From IMG/VR virus record IMGVR_UViG_3300020129_000348, positions 1 through 51,461 of that record: a DNA stretch of 51,461 nt; one strand, 5' to 3'. Within the stretch, counting starts at the first letter, position 1; each line of letters starts with the position of its first letter. Both the position numbers and the translations under genes were made by a program. Shown in pieces: positions 1 through 10,072 of this stretch. The notes under the pieces were generated by a model, which was not told where the DNA came from, did not search any database, and saw only the letters and a list, made by a program, of their open reading frames with translations. This DNA comes from a virus. Its lineage: Duplodnaviria; Caudoviricetes.

Positions 1-53
1 GCGAACGCGAAGTACCGCTACCGGCGAGAGATTACCGAGAAGAGCCCCCAACC
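1..53 (+). repeat. Cassette-end site (right orientation, truncated by window start)
   Basis: GCGAACGCG...GAGAAGAGCCCCCAAC followed by A-rich sequence. Confidence 0.85.
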
Positions 54-70
54 TATAAACCAGAGGACAA

Positions 71-3000
71 ATGGAACGCCAATCAATCAGTGAAACAGCT
101 TATCACGACATTCTAGAACCATCATATGAAGACTTTCTAAAGTCCAAAATAATAGTAACTCCAGAACGAGGAGCACAGTTCAATCCAGACATCAACCCCA
201 AGCTCTTCTGGTTCCAACAAGCAATCTGCCGTTGGGCAATCCGCGGCGGCAACAGGGCGATATTCGCAAACTTCGGACTAGGGAAGACGAACATGCAGAT
301 TCAGATCTGTAAAGCGATTCTCGATCACGTAGACGGCTCAGGCGTGATTATTTGTCCCTTGGGAGTAAAGGACCAATTTGTCCAGGATGCAAAGAAATTC
401 TTCGGCCTGCACTTCCAATACGTACGGACGAATGAAGAGCACGCCCGCATGACCGATGAAGGCCAAAGGTATTTTTTAACAAACTACGAACGCGTCCGGG
501 ATGGAGCGATCTACCCGAACCGTTTTCAGGCGTTGTCCTCGCTCGATGAAGCCGACGTATTGCGTTCCTTCGGTTCCAAAACGTACCAAACCTTCCTAAC
601 ACTCTTCGATAAAGTACCTTTCAAGTACGTCTGCACCGCAACCCCTTCACCTAACCGATACAAGGAACTGATTCACTACGCCGGCTTCTTGGGCATAATG
701 GACACAGGACAGGCCTTAACCAGGTGGTTCAAGCGCGACTCTTCACAGGCGGGGAATCTCAAACTACATCCCCATAAGGAGCGGGAGTTCTGGCTATGGG
801 TTTCCACCTGGGCCGCATTTTTAACCAAACCGTCCGACATCTGCCTTTGCCGGGAGCGTGGAGTCGTTTGCAAGTGCGATGAAGGTTACGACCTTCCGCC
901 GCTCCACATTCACAGACATCGGCTCCCCGTCGATCATTCAACTGCGGGCTACGATTCGTGGGGGCAAGGAAAACTTCTACGCAACGCAGCTACAAGCCTA
1001 CGTGAGGGCGCCAGAGAAAAACGGGATTCGATGGAAGCCAGAATTCAGGAGTGCCGCCGCATCATAGACAACGAGCCACTGCGGACGCATTGGATCATCT
1101 GGCATTCCCTTGAAGACGAGCGCCGGGCAATCGAGCAGGAGATTCCCGAAGCGGTCACGGTTTACGGAACACAAGACTTGGAAGAGCGGGAAGAAGCAAT
1201 TCGGGCTTTTTCGGATGGAGAGTCCGAGTTCCTCGCCACGAAATTAAGCATTGCGGGAAGCGGAACAAACCTGCAACGGCACTGCCACCGGGCAATCTAT
1301 TTGGGACTCGACTTTAAGTTTCGGGATTTCATCCAAGGCGTTCACCGGATCTACCGCTTCCTCCAGGCGAACGAAGTCCACATTTACCTGATCTACACCG
1401 AATCGGAAGATCCAATCTTTGAAGAACTCATGCGGAAGTGGGACCAAGACAGGGAGCTTAGAAAAATCATGACTGACATCATTCGGAAGTACGGATTGAA
1501 CAACGCAGGTGCGGGAGCGGAGATGCAACGCTCAATCGGGCTATCCAGACAGGAAGTGAAGGGCGAACGCTTCACCGCGGTGAACAATGACAACATCCCG
1601 GAGATGGCCGCAATGCCTGAGAACTCCATTGACCTGCTAATCACTTCAGTGCCATTCAGCGACCACTACGAGTACACCGAACTTTACAACGACTTCGGAC
1701 ACAACGACGGAGACGAAGGCTTTTTTGCACAGATGGATTTTCTAACACCGGAGATTTTGCGGACGCTGAAGCCCGGCCGGTTGGCATGTATTCATGTCAA
1801 GGACCGCATCGTCTACGGCTCCGTCTCAAACCTAGGCATGTACTCAGTCAATCCGTTTTCAGATAAATGCGTGGCGCACTTCCGCAAGCACGGATTGATC
1901 TACTGCGGACGAATCACCATCGTGACCGACGTCGTGAGAGAGAATAATCAGACGTACCGATTGGGATGGACGGAAAACTCAAAAGACGGAACCAAGATGG
2001 GCGTTGGCTCACCGGAATACGTTCTGCTGTTTCGAAAACTCCCGTCCGATTTATCGAAGTCGTACGCTGATCAGCCAGTGATTCACGAGAAGCCGATGGT
2101 TGAATGCTCCGAGCACGACTGGACTGAGGGTAGCCCACCGGGACCGTGTAAGAAGTGTGGCACACCGTTCGGGACGATGTACGCGACACAAGTTCCGTTT
2201 CAAGACGGCTTGCCGATGATTCCAGGCACGGGCTATTCCCGAGGCCGCTGGCAGTTCGACGCGCACTCGTTCTGGCGCAGCTCCGGGAATCGCTTTCTAT
2301 CGCCCGAGGAAATCGGCTCCATGCGCATGGACGACCTTCGTAGACTCTGGCGGCAATACGCGTCGTCGAAGATTTACGACTTTCAAGAGCACGTGCGAAC
2401 CGCCGAGGAAATGGAGAAGAGAGGGATTCTACCGTCATCCTTCATGGCACTCGACCCGCCGAATCCCGGTAGTGAATGGGTATGGGACGACGTGACGCGC
2501 ATGCGCACGCTGAACACAGAACAGTCGCGCGGCCGGCTTGAGCAGCACATTTGTCCTTTACAGCTCGATGTAGTAGAGCGATTGATTGAACGGTATTCCA
2601 ATCCCGGCGAACTCGTACTTGACCCGTTCGCTGGAATCTTCACCGTCCCCTACGTTGCAGTCAATAAACAACGGCGAGGCTTCGGAATTGAACTCAACGC
2701 CGATTATTTTCACGACGGAGTTTCCTACTGCCGGGCAGCCGAAGTGAAAGTCACCAGCCCAACACTGTTCGACGTGCTGGATTCAACACCAGCCTTCGAA
2801 CCACCGTTCATCGCGACCGCTTACGATCCCAATGATCGAGCATCGATGCAGCACGCTACGGAAGTTTTGGACGATGCTATGCGAGTGGCGAACGAAACCG
2901 AGATTGGACTCCAGCAGAACCTGCAACAGTTTCAACAGCCGATTGGACTTGATCCGTTGAGTGAGCCGGGCGATCCGCCGACACAGCCCGCCGCACCTCT

Positions 3001-3250
3001 ACCTTATAACGCTTCCCCCACTGCCTACAGCGCTTTATTGGAACGCGCACACAGAGAAGCTTCTCAAAAACGGGAACCGGGAGAATCAGACGATACATTT
3101 CGCGACCGCCGATTGAAACGCGTAATGGAATTAGATCTGGCACACGACCGCGAAGTGCTTCAGAGCGCGAACGCCGCCAAGGATCAACCTACGAACAGCA
3201 GCCGAAAAGAGCGCCAACCAAAAAAGACGAAGAAAGGAAAATTGAAGTGA
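71..3250 (+). CDS. SNF2-family helicase fused to N6/N4 DNA methyltransferase
   Basis: GLGKT Walker A, LDEA, TATPSPN, helicase-C motifs; then SVPF (motif IV) and DPFAG (motif I). Confidence 0.9.
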   Translation: MERQSISETAYHDILEPSYEDFLKSKIIVTPERGAQFNPDINPKLFWFQQAICRWAIRGGNRAIFANFGLGKTNMQIQICKAILDHVDGSGVIICPLGVKDQFVQDAKKFFGLHFQYVRTNEEHARMTDEGQRYFLTNYERVRDGAIYPNRFQALSSLDEADVLRSFGSKTYQTFLTLFDKVPFKYVCTATPSPNRYKELIHYAGFLGIMDTGQALTRWFKRDSSQAGNLKLHPHKEREFWLWVSTWAAFLTKPSDICLCRERGVVCKCDEGYDLPPLHIHRHRLPVDHSTAGYDSWGQGKLLRNAATSLREGAREKRDSMEARIQECRRIIDNEPLRTHWIIWHSLEDERRAIEQEIPEAVTVYGTQDLEEREEAIRAFSDGESEFLATKLSIAGSGTNLQRHCHRAIYLGLDFKFRDFIQGVHRIYRFLQANEVHIYLIYTESEDPIFEELMRKWDQDRELRKIMTDIIRKYGLNNAGAGAEMQRSIGLSRQEVKGERFTAVNNDNIPEMAAMPENSIDLLITSVPFSDHYEYTELYNDFGHNDGDEGFFAQMDFLTPEILRTLKPGRLACIHVKDRIVYGSVSNLGMYSVNPFSDKCVAHFRKHGLIYCGRITIVTDVVRENNQTYRLGWTENSKDGTKMGVGSPEYVLLFRKLPSDLSKSYADQPVIHEKPMVECSEHDWTEGSPPGPCKKCGTPFGTMYATQVPFQDGLPMIPGTGYSRGRWQFDAHSFWRSSGNRFLSPEEIGSMRMDDLRRLWRQYASSKIYDFQEHVRTAEEMEKRGILPSSFMALDPPNPGSEWVWDDVTRMRTLNTEQSRGRLEQHICPLQLDVVERLIERYSNPGELVLDPFAGIFTVPYVAVNKQRRGFGIELNADYFHDGVSYCRAAEVKVTSPTLFDVLDSTPAFEPPFIATAYDPNDRASMQHATEVLDDAMRVANETEIGLQQNLQQFQQPIGLDPLSEPGDPPTQPAAPLPYNASPTAYSALLERAHREASQKREPGESDDTFRDRRLKRVMELDLAHDREVLQSANAAKDQPTNSSRKERQPKKTKKGKLK
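3157..3218 (+). repeat. Orphan cassette-end site inside 3' end of helicase-MTase gene
   Basis: GCTTCAGAGCGCGAAC...GAAAAGAGCGCCAAC, 46-bp box spacing. Confidence 0.85.
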
Positions 3251-3507
3251 ACACTCTCTTTCATAAACCAAAACACGAGCCATGGTTCTCACCGGTGAAT
3301 GAAGTTCAACTGAAGATCGACTACGACCTCCTGGAGTCTCCACGTTGCCTAAGTGGATGCGGAGGAAAGAAGACGATTGGAAGGCCGGTGTGCGACCGAT
3401 GCGCACGATTCCTCGGAGTCGAAGGTATGAAGAAGTTGGAAGCGATTCAACCTGGCGATGGACTGGAGACCGAGGTTAGCCGACTGTTCGCAGGGAGGTC
3501 AATGTGA
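3247..3507 (+). CDS. Small Cys-motif (Zn-binding?) protein
   Basis: GTGA overlaps on both sides; CLSGC...CDRC. Confidence 0.7.
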   Translation: MNTLFHKPKHEPWFSPVNEVQLKIDYDLLESPRCLSGCGGKKTIGRPVCDRCARFLGVEGMKKLEAIQPGDGLETEVSRLFAGRSM

Positions 3508-4379
3508 CCCCCGCCGAACCGAAACGTAATCCGTGGAGCCGGGTGTTTCACGCCGACGAGGTGTTTCAGTTTCAGGGAAACACCTGCGAAGAGATCGGCC
3601 TGACGATGCGCTTACGCTGGTACGCAGCGGCACATAACGGCATCCCGGCTACCGAAGACGCTCTGATTCGCATCGCAAAACAGTCCGGATTGACGCGCAA
3701 CCGCTTCATCAAACTGTGGAGTATTTTGAGTGAAAAATTCACAGAAATCGACGGTCTACTGTTTTACATAGGAGACGACGAGAGGCGAAAGGAAGCCGAA
3801 GTTGAATCGGCTAAGTCACGGGAAGCAGGCAAGAAAGGTGCCGAGATCCGCTGGAAGGACCGCAGGCAAAAATTAACCGTCGTCCCAGAATCGCCCATAG
3901 CCCCCCCATTTTTTCAGGATAGCCACCACTACCACTACCAATCCCAGGTTGAGACTTTAGAGGGGGGTGGACCACTACTACCCCCCAACCCCCCGGAGGA
4001 AGTAGTAGACCCCACCCCACAAGCAGAAGATCAACCCCAGGAGTTTGCGTTAACCGCACCGCTTTCCGACCAGGAATACCAAGAGTTTGCAATTCACTCC
4101 GCATCGGTAGGGCTTGGAGTTCCTAGCCGGAAACTCTGTGAACGGATTCGCGTTAAGTTCCACGCTAAATATCCAGACATGCCCGTCTCAGAAATTGTAA
4201 AGAGCCTACCCAAATTCGAACGGCAAAAAACAGCAGGGCTGTGGGAGACTCTCGATATCGACCAACTACAACTACAAGCCCTCAACCAGCACTTGGCGAG
4301 AGACATCCCACGGAAGCCCAATAGCAGTCAGGACCTCGAACGAAAATTAGCTATGGCGAGAGAACGGAGCGCACAATGA
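3504..4379 (+). CDS. Putative replication initiator, YdaU/DUF1376-like N-terminus
   Basis: EEIG-x-MRL...GIP...LIRIA helix pattern, AGKKGA segment, low-complexity linker, C-terminal domain. Confidence 0.6.
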   Translation: MTPAEPKRNPWSRVFHADEVFQFQGNTCEEIGLTMRLRWYAAAHNGIPATEDALIRIAKQSGLTRNRFIKLWSILSEKFTEIDGLLFYIGDDERRKEAEVESAKSREAGKKGAEIRWKDRRQKLTVVPESPIAPPFFQDSHHYHYQSQVETLEGGGPLLPPNPPEEVVDPTPQAEDQPQEFALTAPLSDQEYQEFAIHSASVGLGVPSRKLCERIRVKFHAKYPDMPVSEIVKSLPKFERQKTAGLWETLDIDQLQLQALNQHLARDIPRKPNSSQDLERKLAMARERSAQ

Positions 4380-4786
4380 AACCAACCGAAGAGAAGTTTG
4401 TCGAAGCAGTTCACGCAATGGGACTCCTGATCCCATTTTTTCCAAAGGACGACATCGCGCAGGCGATCATCGCGAGACATCTTTCAAGTTTCGTAAACAC
4501 AGAAACGGAACTCCAATGGCTCACAGCAGCGGCATGCGGATCAATTCGTGACTGGGAACGAAACGGAGGACTTCCGGAACTCCGGGGACTCTTCTGCACA
4601 CAATTCACACCCGCCGATGGAGTCGCCGCCTACTGCACTACTCCCGGTTACCGAGCCTCAGACCTCGAAGCACAATTTTTCGCGAAAGAACTGGAAGACA
4701 ATAACCGGCGATACGAAGAGTTCCGGCAACTCGCTGGATCGGACGCGAAACCGTTCCCTCTACCAAAACCGAAGCTAATCCAGTAG
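4376..4786 (+). CDS. Hypothetical protein, coupled to replication gene
   Basis: ATGA overlap, 136 aa. Confidence 0.7.
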   Translation: MKPTEEKFVEAVHAMGLLIPFFPKDDIAQAIIARHLSSFVNTETELQWLTAAACGSIRDWERNGGLPELRGLFCTQFTPADGVAAYCTTPGYRASDLEAQFFAKELEDNNRRYEEFRQLAGSDAKPFPLPKPKLIQ

Positions 4787-4891
4787 TCTCAGCCGAAAAA
4801 TAGGGCGATTTTAGTAGTCCGTACTCGCGTGTACGTAGTCCATACACGCTAGACAACAAGATTTTGATATACTTTCCTTTCAGGAGGTCGC

Positions 4892-5194
4892 TTGGCCGAT
4901 TTTAAACCACGGAAAAGTAGATGTACAAACTGCGCCGAACAGTATCTTCAGACTCGTGAGGATCACAGGTTTTGCCAACCAAAATGCCGCTGGGAATTCC
5001 ATCGCAACGGCGGTGTGTCGTTCGCAAAAACAAAATACATTATCGAGCAGGAAGTGGAACGCCGGGTTGCACAAGCCGAGAGCCGGCTTGCAAAGAAGTT
5101 CTCCGACATCCTACGAAAGCGGCACATGGAAACACCTGACGAGTTACTCGCTCTCGTGCAAGATCATCCCGGCGTGACGGTCGCGAAAATATGA
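4892..5194 (+). CDS. Zn-finger protein
   Basis: CTNC...RFCQPKC; AGGAGG RBS before TTG. Confidence 0.7.
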   Translation: MADFKPRKSRCTNCAEQYLQTREDHRFCQPKCRWEFHRNGGVSFAKTKYIIEQEVERRVAQAESRLAKKFSDILRKRHMETPDELLALVQDHPGVTVAKI

Positions 5195-5973
5195 AACCAC
5201 ACATCGCCCTACTCGCTCTCGTACTCTCTGGTTGTACCCACACCTCAATCAGTCCACCCTCAATTCCTCCAATTCCTCAAGCTCGGGCTTCGGTTCAACA
5301 ACCCCAGGCACAACCTAAGCCCGTCCCTCCTTTTGCGATCTTTAGCGCGAACCCGGTGAATTTAGGACAGCCTTCCGTTACCAGCGGTCTTACACCGTCA
5401 GGCCCGTTCTTTATCGGCTACACAAGTCCGAGCGTGGCTACATTCTTTGCGCTTGATCCGGCTGGCAGTATCTCTCTCGATCAGTCTCAGCCGTCGTTTC
5501 CGTTCTTAAAAGCCATCGGGACGCAAGGACCAACTGGTGAGCAAGGTCCTCCGGGTCCTCAAGGTGCAACCGGGCCACCGGGCGCAATTGGTCCGATTGG
5601 AGCACCTGGCATCCAAGGCCCAGTTGGATTACAGGGACCGCAAGGACTTCAGGGCGCAGTCGGTCCACAAGGACCACCTGGAATAGGGGCCGTCAATCAA
5701 CAGCAAATAATCGAGCACATCGGCAATGCAACCATGCTGCCCGATGGAACCTGGACGCTGGTGGGGGAAACGATCAACACCAGCCGGAATCCGCAAGCGG
5801 TTTTCACAATCACGAAGGACCGGCAACCCCTAATCTACGCCGACTACAACATCACGTTTGATCCGAAGGACGCTCAGCCTACAACGTGGTGGAATGCTCA
5901 CGTAATCGTTAAGCCCACTACGCCGTGGCCCGCCAGTTCGATTATTGAGATGAGATGGAGCACGCTGCAATGA
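5191..5973 (+). CDS. Collagen-repeat lipoprotein
   Basis: Lipobox LSGC after hydrophobic stretch; long G-X-Y run. Confidence 0.8.
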   Translation: MKPHIALLALVLSGCTHTSISPPSIPPIPQARASVQQPQAQPKPVPPFAIFSANPVNLGQPSVTSGLTPSGPFFIGYTSPSVATFFALDPAGSISLDQSQPSFPFLKAIGTQGPTGEQGPPGPQGATGPPGAIGPIGAPGIQGPVGLQGPQGLQGAVGPQGPPGIGAVNQQQIIEHIGNATMLPDGTWTLVGETINTSRNPQAVFTITKDRQPLIYADYNITFDPKDAQPTTWWNAHVIVKPTTPWPASSIIEMRWSTLQ

Positions 5974-6008
5974 AATTCAAATGTCCTGAAATGGAGGCCC
6001 TGCTCTAA

Positions 6009-6164
6009 TTGCTTACGCATATTAAATGGATGGAAGAAGATATAGCCGAACTGCGGTCCAAGATTTCTAACCTGACTGCAAGGATCGAGAAACTAGAAGC
6101 CGATAGCGCGAACGCAAACTCTTCCAGACCGTCATCGACCGATGAGAAGAGCGCCAACACATAA
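6009..6164 (+). CDS. Small coiled-coil protein ending in a cassette end (not in ORF track)
   Basis: GGAGG upstream of TTG; ...MEEDIAELRSKISNLTARIEKLEADSANANSSRPSSTDEKSANT*. Confidence 0.5.
   Translation: MLTHIKWMEEDIAELRSKISNLTARIEKLEADSANANSSRPSSTDEKSANT
6103..6158 (+). repeat. Orphan cassette-end site
   Basis: ATAGCGCGAAC...GAGAAGAGCGCCAAC, 45-bp spacing. Confidence 0.9.
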
Positions 6165-6177
6165 AGACAATCGAAAA

Positions 6178-7887
6178 TCAGTTCGCCTGACTCTGCTGAA
6201 GTTGAACCCACTCAGGGTAAGTAAAGATCTCTTCGAGAAACTGAACGTACTTTGGTTTCTTCTTCGGCTCATTCGTATTGGGTAACGAGAAGGCTTGTAG
6301 TTGAGACCAGAGATGAGATTTGCGGATGAGTTGGTCGAAGGACTGCATACCCTCCTGCCGCATGCTGTTGTACAGTGTCATACCTTCGTTTGTAACGGCT
6401 CCACCGTCAATGAGCATTCGCTGAAGTAGTGCTGCGAAGGAGTAGCCGTCAAGCCCCATTTGGTTCGGATCGTGGAAGTGAGCAAGGAAAGACTTCTCTA
6501 TCCAGTCAACGAACATTTGATCGTTCTGCTCTTTCGTCAGTGCCGGCCGAGCGTTTGTCTGTGGTTGCGCGACGGCGGGCTGAGGCTGCTGTGCTTCCCG
6601 AAGTACATTCTCGGTTGACTTCGGTTCGCCGCCTTTGAACATCACGACAGCGTTGTAGAAAATTGAATTCAATAAACCAAGTCCAGTTGTGAGAATGGCC
6701 GGGTTCTCGGCAATCGACTTTCCCAAGGTTTTGAGTAGCGACGGCTCGGCGGGTTCCTCACGTTCCGGTTCCCGGTTGCGGCGCGAGAATCCCATTAGTT
6801 CAGCGAAACGTTTTACCTTTTCCATCTCAGCCATTGCGGAGTCGATGCCGTTCGGATTAACGACCGGAGCCGGCTGTTCAGATGCCTTGATTGCCCGTTC
6901 GCGCCAGAATTCCTTTTCCTCTCTCGCGTTCGCCAACAGCACGTCGTGCATCTTGGATTGCGAGTCCATCATCGTTTTCGCAAGTTCGATGTACTGGATT
7001 CCCGCCGAGTCGTTCGACTTTAGTTTTTCCGCGAGTCCCACCGCACTGTTCAGCATTTCAATCGGGTTGAAGGACTTCGCCGATTCGCGCGACATCGCGT
7101 CCACTTGCTTACTCACCATACCGAGACCGACATCCAGAATTTTCAGTGTTGCATCCTGAACCATCGTGTTCGGCGGTTCTTTTGTTTCATCGTTGCGGTC
7201 GCCCAACTTATCAAGCAACTCCATATTCTTTTCGGTCAGGCGCTCGTTGTTTTCAGCGAGACTTTGTACGGCAGCGGCAGCTACGCTCATTTCTTCCTCT
7301 TGTGCTTTCTCGGCGGCTTGTCCCGCCGGGTCGTCAAACGGCAATCGCTTACCCTTCGCCCGGAGTCCTGAAATGTAACCGGCGTTGTCAGGATGTCCAG
7401 CGACTAAAATATTCGGATCGACCAATGGCGGATAGGCTTCGTCCTCAAGCGAGAACCGGGTCATGGAGATCATTCCAGGCACGCCCATCTCCGTCACCAT
7501 CAGTTTGTATTTGCCGGAGCCGCCCCATTCCGGCTGGCTCAAAAAAAACTCTTCACAGTTCAGAGCGGTGAATGGGAAATCCTCTTGGAATTCCTTTAAA
7601 AGTTTCGGTCGATGCTCTCCAATCAGTTCTTTGTTGATGACGGGCCACTCCCGATACGCATGGACCTGCGCCTTGCCCCGCTGTTCTTCGTTGAAACCGT
7701 CAATCCAGGCGAAAAACTTCTCGGGTGTCGTTTTTGCGGCCGGAGGTTTCGGTAGAATCGTCTTCCCGCGCAGTTTCGCGCCAAGTTTCGCGGCCTTCTT
7801 GCGCGCCTGTGGCGTATCCTGAGGCTGTTTCGAGTAGCCAGCGGCTACGTCGACCGGCGTTGCGGTCTCGTAATCTGGTTTTGACAT
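6178..7887 (-). CDS. Large hypothetical protein with coiled-coil middle, divergent from structural operon
   Basis: ~570 aa ORF; no motif recognised. Confidence 0.85.
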   Translation of the reverse strand: MSKPDYETATPVDVAAGYSKQPQDTPQARKKAAKLGAKLRGKTILPKPPAAKTTPEKFFAWIDGFNEEQRGKAQVHAYREWPVINKELIGEHRPKLLKEFQEDFPFTALNCEEFFLSQPEWGGSGKYKLMVTEMGVPGMISMTRFSLEDEAYPPLVDPNILVAGHPDNAGYISGLRAKGKRLPFDDPAGQAAEKAQEEEMSVAAAAVQSLAENNERLTEKNMELLDKLGDRNDETKEPPNTMVQDATLKILDVGLGMVSKQVDAMSRESAKSFNPIEMLNSAVGLAEKLKSNDSAGIQYIELAKTMMDSQSKMHDVLLANAREEKEFWRERAIKASEQPAPVVNPNGIDSAMAEMEKVKRFAELMGFSRRNREPEREEPAEPSLLKTLGKSIAENPAILTTGLGLLNSIFYNAVVMFKGGEPKSTENVLREAQQPQPAVAQPQTNARPALTKEQNDQMFVDWIEKSFLAHFHDPNQMGLDGYSFAALLQRMLIDGGAVTNEGMTLYNSMRQEGMQSFDQLIRKSHLWSQLQAFSLPNTNEPKKKPKYVQFLEEIFTYPEWVQLQQSQAN

Positions 7888-7916
7888 CCGAACTTTACTA
7901 TACATATAACAAGTGC

Positions 7917-7946
7917 TTGACGGAAAGCAAGTTAACGTTGTACTCT
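7917..7946 (+). promoter_or_regulatory. Candidate sigma70 promoter for structural operon
   Basis: TTGACG-N18-TACTCT, 9 nt before in-frame GTG 7956. Confidence 0.45.
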
Positions 7947-7955
7947 TCCCCTAAC

Positions 7956-8636
7956 GTGCAAACGGCCTATCATCCCGCCTTCGGCGAGAACGTACGCTAC
8001 TCATTCGACCGTTTACCCGATTCGCCAGACGCACAAGTACGGGCGACAATCCGCAAGATGATTTCCTACATCCGCCAGGACGCGCGTTCCTGTCCAGGAA
8101 TCTGGAACGATGCGCAGCGGGCAATTCAGATTGGAGGAGGTGATCCAGTCTCGGGGATATGGAAACTGATTAAACAGTCAATGCGTTTCCAGCGCGACGA
8201 AGTAACCGCGGCGCAGCTCGACACTTCCGATATCCGCAAGCAAGACGCAATTGAAGTATTCATCCGGCCGTGCGATCAATCGCTCCTGATTCAGATGAAA
8301 GGAATCGGGGTCGAAGATTGCGACGGGTTTGAATTGTACGCCGCATGCATGTTCCTCGTTTTAGGAATTCCGATCTCGCTCGTGACGGTAACTGCGAACG
8401 AAGCGGTTCCGAAAGAATTCAGCCATGTCTACCTCGCGGCGTATTTGAACAGTCAACGAATCCCGCTCGACTTCTCTCACGGAAGTTATCCCGGCTGGGA
8501 ATGCCCCAATCTCGGAAAGCTAAAAGAGTGGCCGGTTCAAATGACGTACGGCGAGAAGTTCTGTGAACTGGCGATCGCCACTGGCCTTTTCGCCGGTGCG
8601 TACTTCGGATTGAAGGCAATGGAGCGTGCGGCATGA
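7956..8636 (+). CDS. Transglutaminase-like cysteine protease with C-terminal TM (candidate maturation protease)
   Basis: EDCDG...SHVY...PLD Cys-His-Asp pattern; start reassigned to GTG 7956. Confidence 0.7.
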   Translation: MQTAYHPAFGENVRYSFDRLPDSPDAQVRATIRKMISYIRQDARSCPGIWNDAQRAIQIGGGDPVSGIWKLIKQSMRFQRDEVTAAQLDTSDIRKQDAIEVFIRPCDQSLLIQMKGIGVEDCDGFELYAACMFLVLGIPISLVTVTANEAVPKEFSHVYLAAYLNSQRIPLDFSHGSYPGWECPNLGKLKEWPVQMTYGEKFCELAIATGLFAGAYFGLKAMERAA

Positions 8637-9097
8637 TGTTTCAGATTCCATCACGAGGACTCGGAGACGAGAACTCAACTGTCGATTTAACGTTCTTCGG
8701 AGATCCTTCAGTGGGGGGAACGCCTATCGTTCCAAACACGCCGACGCCCGTGTATGACGACGCTGGAAACATCACGTCCTACCTTCCGGCTGGCACAAGT
8801 GCGGTTGGATTGAATTTCACGCCGGCGTCATTACAAGCCCAGAATCCCGGACTAACCGGAGATCAGATCGCGAAGATCATTGCAGCATCGGCTTCCGGCG
8901 CCCTTAATATTTTCCGTCAGACTTCAACGCCCGGTATCGTTCCTGGAACGAATCTTGTCTACAATCCGGCCACAGGACAGTTCTTGCCGGCGAGTGGCGT
9001 TGGACTCACCGCGCAACAAGTAAGCTCTAGCGCAATTCCGTTGGGACTCGCCGCTGTTGCCGGACTCGTACTCCTGATGATGGTGATGAAGAAATGA
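8633..9097 (+). CDS. Putative virion membrane protein (GLGD motif, C-terminal TM)
   Basis: RGLGD near N-terminus; hydrophobic C-terminus + KK. Confidence 0.75.
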   Translation: MMFQIPSRGLGDENSTVDLTFFGDPSVGGTPIVPNTPTPVYDDAGNITSYLPAGTSAVGLNFTPASLQAQNPGLTGDQIAKIIAASASGALNIFRQTSTPGIVPGTNLVYNPATGQFLPASGVGLTAQQVSSSAIPLGLAAVAGLVLLMMVMKK

Positions 9098-9588
9098 GTC
9101 TCCGGGTATTGAAAGTAACTCCGGGCCTTGTCGTGAACGGACGTTTCAAGCCGGTTCATACAATCACCGATCGGGCGAAGCGGTACCGGGCACAGAATAT
9201 CCCGCTCGATAAACGCTGCTTTGCTTGTGGAAGCCCCAGAGCACGAGACCGTCACCACATTGACGGCCACGAATCGCACGGCGACGTAAAGAATCTCGCT
9301 CGGGCCTGCCGAAGTTGTAATGTCCGAATTGGGAACGTGATGCGCAAGGCGGGACTTGGAAAGAAAACGCAACAGTTCAATCCCACAGCAACCGGCGCAA
9401 GCTCACTCGGCCAGTATCTCAGCGCAGTACAGATCGTCCGAGGCGCAATCCCGGGTAATGTCAAGTCCGCAGTCGCACTACTGCATGCGACTTCTCCGGG
9501 AACACGTAGCCGGTTCGCAAAGCAGATTTGGGAAACCAGAAGGGAGCGGTACGGTCCGACTGGTCGTCAAGACAGTTTGCCGTTCTGA
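9094..9588 (+). CDS. Basic HNH-like protein
   Basis: CFAC...HHIDGH...NLARACRSCN. Confidence 0.7.
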   Translation: MSLRVLKVTPGLVVNGRFKPVHTITDRAKRYRAQNIPLDKRCFACGSPRARDRHHIDGHESHGDVKNLARACRSCNVRIGNVMRKAGLGKKTQQFNPTATGASSLGQYLSAVQIVRGAIPGNVKSAVALLHATSPGTRSRFAKQIWETRRERYGPTGRQDSLPF

Positions 9589-9589
9589 T

Positions 9590-9847
9590 ATGGCGGGCCT
9601 TCGGTTGAAGAAAGCAGTACCGGGTAAGTTGGTAGGCGGTCGATTCGTGCCAAGTAGGAATAATCCGCATCACGAAGCGAAACCGTCCAGCCTAACTCTC
9701 AACGCTGAACTAATGAAGTGGGCCAAGAAGTTGAAGGTTGGCGACACTGTGCGGCTCTCTACTGGTTCGGTTTGGCGCAAGACCCGAGGCAAACGCGGAG
9801 AAGGACGAACCATGTCAAGAATCAATTCTAAAAAGAGGAAACGCTAG
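9590..9847 (+). CDS. Small basic protein (NP motif)
   Basis: K/R-rich, RNNP; N-terminus resembles that of 9094 ORF (PGxLVxGRF). Confidence 0.65.
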   Translation: MAGLRLKKAVPGKLVGGRFVPSRNNPHHEAKPSSLTLNAELMKWAKKLKVGDTVRLSTGSVWRKTRGKRGEGRTMSRINSKKRKR

Positions 9848-10072
9848 ATGGCTCAACCGAAGATACCGCGCGGCCGGATGTTGAAAGTGGACGATCCGAA
9901 CGTGAAGGGGGTCCGTTTTAACACGAACGGAACTGTCGATGTTGTCCTCACGGAGAAGCGGGCCAAAAAGCGCAACCCGAAGAAGAAGCGGAAGGTGAAG
10001 GCAAAAGGGAAGCCAGTCAATAACCGCAAGTCCACAAAGAAGAAACGAAAGGCCGCAAAGCGAAAGAAGTAA
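9848..10072 (+). CDS. Very basic protein, possible DNA-condensing core protein
   Basis: Lys/Arg-rich C-terminal half, KRNP. Confidence 0.7.
   Translation: MAQPKIPRGRMLKVDDPNVKGVRFNTNGTVDVVLTEKRAKKRNPKKKRKVKAKGKPVNNRKSTKKKRKAAKRKK

Noticed and set aside
71-3250. Intein in the helicase-methyltransferase
   Set aside because: Inserts are short and lack intein N-terminal C/S and C-terminal HN motifs.
7725-7955. N-terminal extension of the protease ORF
   Set aside because: Overlaps the divergent gene and promoter region; GTG 7956 is more plausible.
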